The translations under genes and the position numbers were made by a program. Positions 28,902-38,920 of a stretch of DNA of 64,000 bases are shown here, piece by piece. The notes under the pieces are model-generated. The model made no database searches, was not told the origin of the DNA, and saw nothing but the letters and a program-made list of their open reading frames with translations. Numbering within the stretch: position 1 is the first letter of the stretch; each line of letters opens with the position of its first letter. The stretch comes from Bdellovibrionota bacterium (GTDB lineage: Bacteria; Bdellovibrionota; UBA2428). The DNA lies in NCBI GenBank assembly GCA_041750195.1, contig JBGSZX010000030.1, positions 15,772 through 79,771 on the forward strand, written 5' to 3'.

Positions 28902-29399
28902 CTATACCTTGAGTAGAAATTCTGGGTCTGCCCATCTATCAGCATCACGAATTTTTCGTGATTTATCGATCTTAATATTTCCAGCGTCGTCTAAGGCAAG
29001 AGAATATCTTTCAAGGGGTCTTGGTGCCGGACCTTCGAAGTTCATACCAGTGGGCCGAAATCCGCTTCCATGACAGGGACATTTAAACTTTTTCTCAGAT
29101 GACAACCAGTTAGGCGTACATCCAAGGTGAGTACAAACTGTAGACAAAACATAAAACCCCTCAGGACTTCTAACAATCCATACGTTCTGAGTATCTTTAA
29201 ATCTTTCGTCAACACCAGGACCATATTCGTCCGGTTTACCGGCGCGAAATGCTAATGGCTTTTCAAACAGTACATTTGGAAAGAGGAAACGGACAAGCAA
29301 AGTCCCCATGACTCCCAACGCAACACTAAATGTCGCCCAACCAATCCAAAACCAATTGATAAATTCTTTTCGCGTTAGACCTTCGTGCTTGTCTGACAT
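28902..29399 (-). CDS. Rieske [2Fe-2S] protein of a cytochrome bc/b6f-type complex
   Basis: N-terminal TM helix. CTHLGC and CPCHGS cluster-binding boxes. Confidence 0.85.
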   Translation of the reverse strand: MSDKHEGLTRKEFINWFWIGWATFSVALGVMGTLLVRFLFPNVLFEKPLAFRAGKPDEYGPGVDERFKDTQNVWIVRSPEGFYVLSTVCTHLGCTPNWLSSEKKFKCPCHGSGFRPTGMNFEGPAPRPLERYSLALDDAGNIKIDKSRKIRDADRWADPEFLLKV

Positions 29400-29497
29400 G
29401 TTCTTAAGAAGACTCCTCGATGACTCATACTAGCCCGGCAAAAATAATCATCAAACTCTCTTTAAGTCACGGGAAAATATAAAAGTTCCGCAGCGCA

Positions 29498-30502
29498 TTA
29501 ACGTATCTCGGCGAGTGCCTTCTTCGCCGCCAATCGCACTTTAATCTGAGGATGAGAATCTGCAATTACGGAAAGCTTTTTCATGAAAGGTTCCCACGAT
29601 ATTTGTGCCACTAAACTGAAGGCCTGTTCGATCGCAAGAAGCTGAGCTTCTGTCAAATATGTCACATTTTTTCCATTGGGATTTTCATCGACACCTTGGC
29701 TCTGCGGGGAAATTCGCCCATCTTTACCAGTATTTTCGACTATTTGGAAGATTTCCTTAAAGACTTTCTCCCCGCGCATTGAATTCCAGCGAGCCAAAGA
29801 AAATGCAGCATTCCAACGCACACTTTCATCAGCATCGAGCAGAAACTCACCGAGTATTTTTTCGAATCGGCTTCGTCTCTCGGGATCTTGAACAAGGACT
29901 CCCATCGAAAATGCTCCTATTTTTCGAAGATATGGGTCTGAATCTTGAGGCAGATTCGTGAACAAATCATCCTCCGATGAAGGCAATGGGAGCGCCAACC
30001 GAGAAAGTGAAAGAAGACTCTGAGCCCTCAAATAGGACGAAGGGGCCATGCGAATAAAAGTCCAGAGACATTTTGCCGCGGGCTCGCGAAAATATGAAAA
30101 GCCTAAAACTCCAACTACAGCAGATTGAAAAGCTTCGTCGCCAGACATGGGATTCGATTCACCGGAAATCGAATTTTGCAACACTCGGCATAGCTGTTCT
30201 TGCTGCTCAATTTTTGGAGAAAGCAAATTCATCCCATCAAACGCTTTTGGATTTTTTTGATTTTCTATCAATAGTTTTCGATGCCACTCCATGGCAGCCA
30301 TTCGCCTAGAGTCTCGACGACCATCCATTGTTTGTTGATAGAGCTCTTGGGGGCTTAAGTCATCATGCGCAAGCCAAGACATGCCCTTCCAAATTAAAAG
30401 GAAAAGTCCACACACCAAAAATAAAAGGATGACGATGCTCTTAGCCGAATTCGCCGCCTTTTCAGGTCTGATTTTGCGATGAACCTTTGGCAGTGATGAC
30501 AT
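29498..30502 (-). CDS. Membrane-anchored HEAT/armadillo-like repeat protein
   Basis: N-terminal TM (IVILLFLVCGLFLLIW). Repeated D.D..VR..AA..L-type units (DSDPYLRKIGAFSMGVL, DADESVRWNAAFSLARW, DSHPQIKVRLAAKKALAEI). Confidence 0.5.
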   Translation of the reverse strand: MSSLPKVHRKIRPEKAANSAKSIVILLFLVCGLFLLIWKGMSWLAHDDLSPQELYQQTMDGRRDSRRMAAMEWHRKLLIENQKNPKAFDGMNLLSPKIEQQEQLCRVLQNSISGESNPMSGDEAFQSAVVGVLGFSYFREPAAKCLWTFIRMAPSSYLRAQSLLSLSRLALPLPSSEDDLFTNLPQDSDPYLRKIGAFSMGVLVQDPERRSRFEKILGEFLLDADESVRWNAAFSLARWNSMRGEKVFKEIFQIVENTGKDGRISPQSQGVDENPNGKNVTYLTEAQLLAIEQAFSLVAQISWEPFMKKLSVIADSHPQIKVRLAAKKALAEIR

Positions 30503-30522
30503 GAAAATGCTTTATTCTTTGC

Positions 30523-31056
30523 TTAGCCCTCTGGCAAAGGGTTCTCATCGCTAAAGTTTAAATAGTCATAAATCAAATTGTCTCTATCATATTTGGAATA
30601 TTCGTACTCAGGGGTGTGAACTAGACATTCGGTCGGACAAACCTCTGTACAAAGTCCACAAAAACAGCAAAGAGCTTCATCGATATCAAAGCGAAGCAAT
30701 TTTAACTTAAGAGGTTTAGATCCAAAGTGCGCCGGTGTTTTGGAACCGTCGTCTTCTTCCACAGTTTTCTTACGACTTTCGATTGTTATGCACTCCACAG
30801 GACAAATAACTGCGCATTGATTGCAAGAAATGCATCCCTCTTGGTGCATAAAAAGACGATTTCTTGAGCTCAAGGGAATGTCATCTTTTACTTCGGGATA
30901 ACTAATCGTCACTGGACCAGCTCCATAATCGTAGCCATTTTTTACTTTTCTGAACCCTTGAGTTTTTAAAAATGCTCTCAGCGTTACCATCATGCCTTTA
31001 TATGTGGAAACCACTGCATCATTGATGTTTTGAAAATATTCTTTAAAAGCGCTCAT
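30523..31056 (-). CDS. nuoI: NADH-quinone oxidoreductase subunit I (2x[4Fe-4S] ferredoxin)
   Basis: CISCNQCAVICP and CCFCGLCTEVCP motifs. The N-terminal part is NuoI-like. The start shares 1 nt with the nuoD stop. Confidence 0.85.
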   Translation of the reverse strand: MSAFKEYFQNINDAVVSTYKGMMVTLRAFLKTQGFRKVKNGYDYGAGPVTISYPEVKDDIPLSSRNRLFMHQEGCISCNQCAVICPVECITIESRKKTVEEDDGSKTPAHFGSKPLKLKLLRFDIDEALCCFCGLCTEVCPTECLVHTPEYEYSKYDRDNLIYDYLNFSDENPLPEG

Positions 31057-32204
31057 CAGCGATCTACCTCTCCGAGAACAATATCGATACTACCCAAATA
31101 GGCCACAACATCGGCAAGCATCATTCCTCGACACATTTCATCCATAGTACTTGTCACAATAAAGCATGGAGATTTGGCTTTAACCCTCCATGGTTTTTTA
31201 CCGCCATCTGCAACGATGTGATAGCCCAAAGTTCCTCGCGGACATTCGGTCTCCATATAAATTTCACCGACAGGCTTGGGAGACTTAGGCGCCTTTGCAG
31301 TATGCTCGCCCGCTGGAAGACTCTCTACAACCTGAGTGATAATTTTTATAGACTCATACATTTCCTTTACCCGAACATAGTATCTGTTCCAGCAATCACC
31401 AATTTCTCCCTTTTCAGCAAGACCTAGGCAAACATCAAAATCATATTTTTCGTAGCCGCTGTAAGGGTTATCTTTACGCAAATCCCAGTTGAACCCACTT
31501 CCTCGCAAATTTGGCCCGCTCAAACCATAGGAGATTGCCTGATCTGCCGTGATCACACCAATATGTGCCGTTCGGCTAATGAAAATCGAATTATTGGTAA
31601 GCAGATCATTCATTTCATCAAGCTGAGATGGGAAATATTTTGTAAAATCCTTAATTTTATCGATCACACCAGGAGTAAGATCCCTACTCACACCGCCGGG
31701 ACGCATATAGTTATATAGCAATCTTGCCCCACAAATCTCTTCAAATATTCGTAGAATTTTTTCTCTATCGCGAAAGGCGTAAAGAAAAGGAGTAAATCCC
31801 CCCATATCGAGGCCATAGGTTCCAACCGACAACAAATGCGAAGCAATTCTCTGCAACTCAGAAATAACGACACGAATAGCTTGCGCGCGCTCCGGGATTT
31901 CAAGCCCTAAAAGCTTTTCGATGGCCAGCACATAACCGAGCTCTTGGCTCATGGCTGCGACGTAGTCCATACGACTCGTGAATGGAATTCCCTGAATGTA
32001 CTCACGGCGCTCCGTATGCTTTTCAAAACAGCGGTGCAAATAGCCAATGTCGGGATAAGCCGCTCGAATGATTTCTCCGTCTGACTTAACTACGACTCGC
32101 AAAACACCGTGAGTAGACGGATGCTGAGGGCCCATATTGATAGTTAACTCTTCAGTTTGAAGTCCGATAGTTTCTTCGTTTAGTTCTTGAGTAAAATCTT
32201 TCAT
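31056..32204 (-). CDS. nuoD: NADH-quinone oxidoreductase subunit D
   Basis: NMGPQHPSTHGVLR, GYLHRCFEK, the C-terminal LGEVDR ending, and a length of 382 aa. Confidence 0.9.
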   Translation of the reverse strand: MKDFTQELNEETIGLQTEELTINMGPQHPSTHGVLRVVVKSDGEIIRAAYPDIGYLHRCFEKHTERREYIQGIPFTSRMDYVAAMSQELGYVLAIEKLLGLEIPERAQAIRVVISELQRIASHLLSVGTYGLDMGGFTPFLYAFRDREKILRIFEEICGARLLYNYMRPGGVSRDLTPGVIDKIKDFTKYFPSQLDEMNDLLTNNSIFISRTAHIGVITADQAISYGLSGPNLRGSGFNWDLRKDNPYSGYEKYDFDVCLGLAEKGEIGDCWNRYYVRVKEMYESIKIITQVVESLPAGEHTAKAPKSPKPVGEIYMETECPRGTLGYHIVADGGKKPWRVKAKSPCFIVTSTMDEMCRGMMLADVVAYLGSIDIVLGEVDR

Positions 32205-32219
32205 CTCGTTCTGCCAATC

Positions 32220-32825
32220 CTATAACGGAACTTTCATTCCATTGTACTCTTCCGGGAATTCGTAATCTTTTCTAAGAGGATGACCAATCCAATCCGGTGG
32301 CAACAAAATACGTTTATGATTGGGGTGTCCCTCAAAATGAACGCCCAACAAATCATAACATTCGCGCTCATACCAATTGGCACTACGGAAAATTCCAGTT
32401 GCTGATGCTACCCTGGGAGCCGCCCGGTCAAGCCGAACTTTGATTCGAATTTCGTGTTTGTGTGCATATGATTGAAGCGCGTATAGCAGCTCAATGGTAT
32501 CAAAAGCTTTTCTTTGAGTTTCTTCATTCTCGCCCTTCGGAGTAAAATCTACAGCCGAAATGACCTGAAGATTTGAGCAATAAAATGCTGAATCATCCCT
32601 TAAGAACAACAAAATCTCGCTAATTTTTGCAGAGTCTACGATTACAAAATGATCACCGGCCTGTTGGTCTTCAACAGCCTTCACAGTCTCCGCTCCGAAT
32701 TTAGCCTTTAAAGCATCCGCTACATTTTGAGCCGTCTTTGGCGAAGCCTCCACAGATTTTGGAACTTGATGGATTGCTGTATTTACAAAGGTTCGTGGCG
32801 CCGTTCGGCCTATTGAGTCACTCAT
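32220..32825 (-). CDS. nuoC: NADH-quinone oxidoreductase subunit C
   Basis: [20 protein letters not shown] ... [16 protein letters not shown] signature of the 30-kDa subunit. Confidence 0.85.
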   Translation of the reverse strand: MSDSIGRTAPRTFVNTAIHQVPKSVEASPKTAQNVADALKAKFGAETVKAVEDQQAGDHFVIVDSAKISEILLFLRDDSAFYCSNLQVISAVDFTPKGENEETQRKAFDTIELLYALQSYAHKHEIRIKVRLDRAAPRVASATGIFRSANWYERECYDLLGVHFEGHPNHKRILLPPDWIGHPLRKDYEFPEEYNGMKVPL

Positions 32826-32947
32826 TTAGCTCTACATTCCTCCTATTTGAAGTTATGCTTCAAATCACTACCAAATTACTCATGGTCTCGAGGCTTTACA
32901 AGTCTGCGTTAGAAATGAAGGCAATTTGATCGCGGAGCGACATAAGA

Positions 32948-33733
32948 ATGATACTTTTAGAAGGAAAACTCTTTTTTAGACGGATTGCGGGCATATTGAG
33001 GGCCTTTTATCGCACTTTCGTGACCGCTGGGATGCTACGCAAGCTCAGCAAACAAAAACAAGATTTGGCATGGAACACAACCGAAGTGACAAAGGCATCA
33101 TCCACCTGGGGAAAAAATGTGCTTCGCGACCTCAACTTAGAGCTTGTGGTAGAAGGCAGCTCTACTGATCTTCCCGCCATTTATGTGGGCAATCACATTA
33201 GCTACATCGACATCATTGCGCTGCTCTCGATAAAGCATCTTTGTTTTGTTGCCAAAAGCGAAGTCGCCAAATGGCCCATCATTGGAGAAGCGACCAAGGC
33301 CATTGGAAGTATTTTTGTTAAGAGAGATTCTGCAAAATCTAGATTTCACACGGCAGAAGCCATTGGAACCGCGGTTAAAGAAGACGGCAAAAGCATTTGT
33401 ATTTTTCCTGAAGGCACCACAAGTATTCAGGGAAAAACCTGGAGACGTGGCGTTTTTAAAGTGGCTCATGACCATGATCTCCTCGTTCAGCCTATTGGTT
33501 TTTCATACGCCCCCATTCGTAGGGCCGCCTACATTGACGATGATGCTCTTATCCCCCATATGTTCAGCCTCATACGGAAAGAACCAACCAAGGTGAAACT
33601 TAAATATTTTCAGGCCAGAAAAATTACAGACCCAGATAGAGACATGAAAATCATGGAAGCCGAAATTCGATCATGGGCCGATGAAGAGCTCCGAAAACAA
33701 CAATATTTTGAAAGCCCCATAGGATACCTATAA
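32948..33733 (+). CDS. 1-acyl-sn-glycerol-3-phosphate acyltransferase-like (PlsC family), copy 1
   Basis: GNHISYIDI (HX4D block I), FVKR (block II), FPEGTTS (block III). Confidence 0.75.
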   Translation: MILLEGKLFFRRIAGILRAFYRTFVTAGMLRKLSKQKQDLAWNTTEVTKASSTWGKNVLRDLNLELVVEGSSTDLPAIYVGNHISYIDIIALLSIKHLCFVAKSEVAKWPIIGEATKAIGSIFVKRDSAKSRFHTAEAIGTAVKEDGKSICIFPEGTTSIQGKTWRRGVFKVAHDHDLLVQPIGFSYAPIRRAAYIDDDALIPHMFSLIRKEPTKVKLKYFQARKITDPDRDMKIMEAEIRSWADEELRKQQYFESPIGYL

Positions 33734-33737
33734 AGCG

Positions 33738-34481
33738 ATGATAAAAAAACTTCGATCGATCACTGTCGTTTCTAAGAGCGCACGAAAAACAATTTCAACC
33801 GCTCTGAAAATGCGAAAGGAAGTTGAGAAAAATGGAAAGTCCCCCCATGATCAAGAAGTTGCACAAGCCTTTCAAGAATGGGCTCGCTACTTGTGCCAAA
33901 AATTTAATGTCCGGATCAACACAAGTGGCTTTCCCATAATGAAAGAAGCGGGCCTTTTGGTAGGCAACCATATGTCATATATGGACATTCCCGTTCTTGT
34001 CTCACAAAGAGCCGTTACTTTTGTTGCAAAGGCGGAAATAGAAAGTTGGCCTTTTTTTGGACCCGCAGGCCGTGCTTTTGGGGCGGTGTATGTTGATCGT
34101 AGTTCCAAGGAATCACGCAAGGATACTGCTGAGGCACTCAAAAAATCAATCACGGAGCACAATCGTTGCGTTTGTGTTTTTCCTGAAGGAACCACAACTT
34201 TAAAAGGCAAAGAATGGAGAGCCGGAGTCTTTAAAATTGCGCAAGACACAGGAGTTCCCGTTCAGATTTTTGCCATTTGCTATTTGCCCGCACAAAGAGC
34301 TGCGTTTGAAGTCGACTCGATGCTGGCGCACGCCATGGATTTTACATCGGAGGGCCCCCTGCAAGCCAACATTGTTTTTGGCCCAGTTATTACAGTTGTG
34401 GACTGGGAAGAGGACTTAAAAAAATGGGAAGCCTGGAGCAAGGGTCAGGTTAACAAAATGTTGGGGCTTCAAGGTCTGTGA
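33738..34481 (+). CDS. 1-acyl-sn-glycerol-3-phosphate acyltransferase-like (PlsC family), copy 2
   Basis: GNHMSYMDI, YVDR, FPEGTTT. It starts 4 nt after copy 1. Confidence 0.75.
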   Translation: MIKKLRSITVVSKSARKTISTALKMRKEVEKNGKSPHDQEVAQAFQEWARYLCQKFNVRINTSGFPIMKEAGLLVGNHMSYMDIPVLVSQRAVTFVAKAEIESWPFFGPAGRAFGAVYVDRSSKESRKDTAEALKKSITEHNRCVCVFPEGTTTLKGKEWRAGVFKIAQDTGVPVQIFAICYLPAQRAAFEVDSMLAHAMDFTSEGPLQANIVFGPVITVVDWEEDLKKWEAWSKGQVNKMLGLQGL

Positions 34482-34521
34482 TTATTATTTGCTTTTTTGA
34501 AATTAGACAAATGCCTCTACT

Positions 34522-35214
34522 CTAATTTCTACAAAGAGAAATCGCATTGTCGGCGTTGTACCCATTTTGAGGATACTGGTCCTTGAAGCATTGTAGATTA
34601 CTTAAAGTCCCTCCGCGTTTGCAAAGTTGAACGGCCTTTGATGAATCATAATTGATTCCACTTGTGCTATAAGCCCCCTCGAAGCATGAAACAGTTTCTT
34701 GCGTTCCGCGAGACTCACATAACTCAATTGCGGTATCACTCGAATAGTTGATGCCGCTTTTACTATAAGCCTGCTTGAAACATTCTGAAGTTCTTGTATC
34801 TCCGCCCTGCTTACAAAGTTGAACGGCCTTAGATGAATCATAATTAATTCCGCTTGCGCTGTAGGCAGCTGAAAAACATTCAACAGTTTCTAAAGTGCCT
34901 CCTCCAGAACAAAGTTCGGTTGCCAATTGGCCGTTGTAATTAATTCCGCTAGCCGAATAGGCTTTTTGATAGCAGTCACTTGGATTTCCTTGACCTGGAC
35001 TATTGGCGACTTCCCTAACCTGTCTGCTTAAGCTTTCCAATTCTTCCCTCTGGCGGCTCGAATATCTTTCAGGATTTGACTCAATAATACTTGCGCTGTT
35101 CCTCAAGGAATTAGCGATGGACGTAATGAGATCATTCGCTTTTGCAACGATAGAGAGCGTTAGCACAAATGATAAAAGAGTTAATGGGGTGAAATATTTT
35201 TGCATATGTGACAA
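34522..35214 (-). CDS. Secreted Cys-rich tandem-repeat protein (about 4.7 units of 32 aa)
   Basis: Signal peptide. After aa 80 come repeats of the form CF..AYS.SGINY.S..A..LC..GG...... Confidence 0.6.
   Translation of the reverse strand: MSHMQKYFTPLTLLSFVLTLSIVAKANDLITSIANSLRNSASIIESNPERYSSRQREELESLSRQVREVANSPGQGNPSDCYQKAYSASGINYNGQLATELCSGGGTLETVECFSAAYSASGINYDSSKAVQLCKQGGDTRTSECFKQAYSKSGINYSSDTAIELCESRGTQETVSCFEGAYSTSGINYDSSKAVQLCKRGGTLSNLQCFKDQYPQNGYNADNAISLCRN
34525..34974 (-). repeat. In-frame 96-nt (32-aa) tandem repeat array inside the Cys-rich protein gene
   Basis: Units are CYQKAYSASGINYNGQLATELCSGGGTLETVE / CFSAAYSASGINYDSSKAVQLCKQGGDTRTSE / CFKQAYSKSGINYSSDTAIELCESRGTQETVS / CFEGAYSTSGINYDSSKAVQLCKRGGTLSNLQ / CFKDQYPQNGYNADNAISLCRN. 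Units 2 and 4 are the most similar, which suggests duplication of a two-unit block. Confidence 0.85.
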
Positions 35215-35262
35215 ATAATTACATTTGCCACATCCCGCAACTTAATCTGCCTTACATTTTGC

Positions 35263-36051
35263 TTAACACTTACGTTTTACTAAGGATGCCTTCATAAATT
35301 CGCGGTTCATGCGTGCAATGTTTTCGAGCGTGATTTCCTTGGGACAGGCGGCCTCGCAAGCCCCGGTGTTGGTACAATTTCCAAAACCTTCGGCATCCAT
35401 TTGCTCAACCATATTGAGAACTCGCTCTGTACGCTCAGGCTGCCCCTGTGGAAGCAAGGCAAAATGCGAAACTTTGGCTCCTACAAACAACATGGCCGAA
35501 GCATTCTTACAGGCAGCGACGCACGCGCCACAACCAATGCAAGCGGCAGCATCCATTGCTAGTTCAGCGTTTTCCTTTGCAATAGGAAGGGCATTGGCAT
35601 CTTGAGGATTGCCAGTATTGATTGAAACATAGCCACCTTTTGAGACAATGCGGTCAAAGGCCGAGCGATCAATTGATAAATCTTTAATGATTGGAAACGA
35701 CTTAGCACGAGCCGGTTCAATAACAATGGTGTCTCCATCTTTAAATGTGCGCATATGAAGCTGGCAAGTTGTAATGCCTCTTTCTGGTCCATGCGCATCA
35801 CCATTGATCACCATCAAACAAGTTCCGCAAATGCCTTCGCGGCAATCGTGATCAAACGATATCGGATCTAAACCTTCCTTAATGAGCTTTTGGTTAAGCA
35901 CATCAAGCATTTCCAAAAATGACATTTCAGGAATGATGTTATCAATTTTATAGGTTTCAAATTTTCCTTTTTGCTGAGGACCAGCTTGTCTCCATGCCTG
36001 AACATTTAGAGTCATTGAATGATCTTTTTGAATTGTTCCGTGATTTCCCAT
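35263..36051 (-). CDS. sdhB: Succinate dehydrogenase/fumarate reductase iron-sulfur subunit
   Basis: CREGICGTC ([2Fe-2S]), [11 protein letters not shown] and [12 protein letters not shown] ([4Fe-4S]/[3Fe-4S]). I prefer the ATG at 36051, with AGGTGA upstream. A GTG at 36060 is also possible. Confidence 0.85.
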   Translation of the reverse strand: MGNHGTIQKDHSMTLNVQAWRQAGPQQKGKFETYKIDNIIPEMSFLEMLDVLNQKLIKEGLDPISFDHDCREGICGTCLMVINGDAHGPERGITTCQLHMRTFKDGDTIVIEPARAKSFPIIKDLSIDRSAFDRIVSKGGYVSINTGNPQDANALPIAKENAELAMDAAACIGCGACVAACKNASAMLFVGAKVSHFALLPQGQPERTERVLNMVEQMDAEGFGNCTNTGACEAACPKEITLENIARMNREFMKASLVKRKC

Positions 36052-36067
36052 ATTGATCACCTATTCC

Positions 36068-37987
36068 TTATTTATAACTTCGAACCGCAAGTTTTACGTT
36101 TTCAAAGCTTAGATTTTCTTCAACTCGGGTTGGATCTTTTCCTTCACCCTCATAAAACCATGCAGCTGCATGAGAAAATTTTTCATCATTTCGAACAGCT
36201 TCGCCATCTGGAGTTTGGTGTTCTTCCCTAAAATGTCCGCCGCATGATTCATCTCTGATCAAAGCATCGCGGGCCATCAACTCACCAAGCTCCAAAAAGT
36301 CGCTCACGCGGCCTGCCTTTTCGAGTTCGAGATTGTAATCTTTAGAATCACCAGGAATTTTAACGTTAGACCAAAACTCTTCTCGAATTTTTGGAATTTC
36401 CTTAAGGGCTTCCTTAAGACCCGCCTCAGTACGTCCCATTCCGACTCTTTCCCACAGCACTTTACCCAACTCTTTATGCATCTCATCCACAGTCTTTGAA
36501 CCATTTGCGCTTACAAGTTTATTTACTCGCACTTGCACGTCGTTCTCGGCAGCCGAAAAGGCTTCATGATCGGCGCTAATTTTTTCTAGCTTGGTACTAC
36601 CTAAATAATTGGAAAGAGTTGCCGGGATAACAAAATATCCATCTGCAAGACCTTGCATCAACGCTGAAGCTCCCAAGCGGTTAGCTCCATGATCAGAAAA
36701 GTTTGCTTCTCCCAAAACAAACAATCCAGGTATGGTGCTCATCAAATTATAATCAACCCAAAGACCACCCATAGTGTAATGAACCGCTGGGTAAATTCTC
36801 ATAGGCATTTTATACGGATTTTCGTCTGTAATATGATGATACATATCAAAAAGATTTCCGTACTTTTCGCGAACAACATTTTCGCCATCACGTGCGATAG
36901 CATCTTTAAAATCTAAATACACTGCGAGACCCGAACGACCAACGCCCCTGCCTTCGTCGCACATACGCTTAGCTGCTCTCGACGAAACGTCTCTGGGAGC
37001 CAAATTTCCAAAACTTGGATAAATTCTTTCTAAGTAATAATCCCGATCACTCTCTGGAATATCTCCTGGGGCTCGAGTGTCTCCCTTAAGCTTAGAAACC
37101 CAAACCCGACCATCGTTACGAAGAGATTCGGACATCAATGTCAATTTGGATTGATGGTCTCCGGAAACGGGAATGCATGTCGGATGGATTTGTACGTAAC
37201 AAGGATTCGCAAAAGCAGCTCCACGGCGGTAACAGCGCCAAGCTGCTGTAGCATTAGACATTCGAGCAGAAGTTGAAAGGTAATAAGCATTGCTATAGCC
37301 ACCTGTACAAATCAAGACAGCATCTGCCATATGGCGAACCGTCTCACCTGTGATGAGATCTCTACAAATAACCCCTCGCGCTTTTCCATCGACAACTACG
37401 AGATCAAGCATTTCTTGACGAGGTACCAATTGAATTTTTCCGGCTCCCACCATTCGCATCATGGCATGGTAGGCCCCAATCAAAAGTTGCTGCCCTGTTT
37501 GTCCACGAGCATAGAAGGTTCTTGAAACTTGCGCTCCGCCAAACGAACGATTCGCCAGCAAGCCACCGTAGTCCCTAGCGAAAGGAACACCCTGAGCGAC
37601 ACATTGGTCGATGATATTATTACTAACCTCTGCAAGTCTGTGAACGTTTGCTTCGCGGGATCTAAAATCTCCGCCTTTTACGGTGTCGTAAAACAAACGA
37701 TAAACCGAATCGCCATCATTAGGATAATTTTTGGCTGCGTTGATTCCCCCCTGAGCCGCAATTGAATGTGCGCGTCTAGGGCTATCGTGCATAGTTATGG
37801 CCTTAACTTTGTAACCTAGCTCTGCCAAAGTTGCCGACGCCGAAGCTCCGGCCAGCCCAGTCCCCACGCAGATCACTGAAAATTTTCTTTTATTAGAAGG
37901 ATTCACCAGCTTTGAATTGAATTTATAATTGGTCCACTTTTGGGCGATATCTCCGCCTGGAACTTTTGAATCGAGTGTGTGTGACAT
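36068..37987 (-). CDS. sdhA: Succinate dehydrogenase/fumarate reductase flavoprotein subunit
   Basis: [14 protein letters not shown]-binding fold, [14 protein letters not shown] (covalent FAD His), HYTMGG, HGANRLG. Confidence 0.9.
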   Translation of the reverse strand: MSHTLDSKVPGGDIAQKWTNYKFNSKLVNPSNKRKFSVICVGTGLAGASASATLAELGYKVKAITMHDSPRRAHSIAAQGGINAAKNYPNDGDSVYRLFYDTVKGGDFRSREANVHRLAEVSNNIIDQCVAQGVPFARDYGGLLANRSFGGAQVSRTFYARGQTGQQLLIGAYHAMMRMVGAGKIQLVPRQEMLDLVVVDGKARGVICRDLITGETVRHMADAVLICTGGYSNAYYLSTSARMSNATAAWRCYRRGAAFANPCYVQIHPTCIPVSGDHQSKLTLMSESLRNDGRVWVSKLKGDTRAPGDIPESDRDYYLERIYPSFGNLAPRDVSSRAAKRMCDEGRGVGRSGLAVYLDFKDAIARDGENVVREKYGNLFDMYHHITDENPYKMPMRIYPAVHYTMGGLWVDYNLMSTIPGLFVLGEANFSDHGANRLGASALMQGLADGYFVIPATLSNYLGSTKLEKISADHEAFSAAENDVQVRVNKLVSANGSKTVDEMHKELGKVLWERVGMGRTEAGLKEALKEIPKIREEFWSNVKIPGDSKDYNLELEKAGRVSDFLELGELMARDALIRDESCGGHFREEHQTPDGEAVRNDEKFSHAAAWFYEGEGKDPTRVEENLSFENVKLAVRSYK

Positions 37988-38020
37988 AATTTTCTTTCCT
38001 TCCCGTATTCTCGCAGCTGC

Positions 38021-38677
38021 CTAGTGAACCAAATAAACGTAAATGGGTTGAGAAATAAACCCAACAGCTACGACGACAGCATAAACAACACCAATGATTT
38101 TTATGACCGGGGTATACCTAGGGTGATTAAATCCGAGTGACTGAAATATCGAAGAAACACCATGGCTCAAATGAATACAAAGTACTACCAAGGAAATAAC
38201 GTACCAAAAAACATTTAGGGGCGACTGGAAAACTTCTAATATTAAACGGTGAAGATCTCGCATTTCAACGCCATCATAAGTGACCTCGTAATATGTACCG
38301 TATTTCATCCCGTAAAGATGCGAAGTGATAAAAAACAGAATCAACACTCCGGTGTACATCATGGACTTCGATGCGAATGTCGAATCCTTAGCCGAAGTCG
38401 AAGCAAGAGCGTAAGTGCCAGACTTAGCCTGATAGTTATCTTTAGCCAGCCAAAGCCCCATGATCATATGCAAAACGACACACGCAATCAGGCCCCATGA
38501 AATGAGGGGATAAATCGGATTGCTCGTTATCGCATGACCATAATGATTGTAGGCTTCGGCGCTTTTAAAAAGCAGAAGATTGCCGGTCATATGCCCAAGG
38601 ACAAATCCCGACAAACCCAATCCCGTAAGCCCCATAACAAATTTTTTAAAAATTGAAGTTTTCAATAACTGCAGCAT
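38021..38677 (-). CDS. sdhC: Succinate dehydrogenase cytochrome b558-type membrane subunit (type B, 5 TM)
   Basis: About 218 aa and 5 TM helices with conserved His residues. It lies directly upstream of sdhA-sdhB, as in Bacillus/Wolinella-type enzymes. Confidence 0.7.
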   Translation of the reverse strand: MLQLLKTSIFKKFVMGLTGLGLSGFVLGHMTGNLLLFKSAEAYNHYGHAITSNPIYPLISWGLIACVVLHMIMGLWLAKDNYQAKSGTYALASTSAKDSTFASKSMMYTGVLILFFITSHLYGMKYGTYYEVTYDGVEMRDLHRLILEVFQSPLNVFWYVISLVVLCIHLSHGVSSIFQSLGFNHPRYTPVIKIIGVVYAVVVAVGFISQPIYVYLVH

Positions 38678-38821
38678 GCTGTACTTCCTCTAGATGTTGG
38701 ATATGGCATTAGCATCCCTCGTTAAGCTTAGGAATACAAGATTCGCACAGAATTTCTTATGCTTAGATCATGACGGTGCCGGCGTAGGTCAAGGAAAAGA
38801 ACAGCTAATGACGCGCAATGC

Positions 38822-38859
38822 AAAAAGGACCAGAGGCAGTTTTTACCCCTGGTCCCTTT
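38822..38859 (-). terminator. Intrinsic terminator downstream of the 38921..39604 gene
   Basis: Minus-strand read: GGGACCAGGGG-taaaaactg-CCTCTGGTCC followed by TTTTTG. One mismatch in the stem. Confidence 0.6.
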
Positions 38860-38920
38860 GAAGAATTTCACTCAATGAAAGGCAGGCTCTCACTGCTCGC
38901 CCCATTAAATACCGCTTTGG

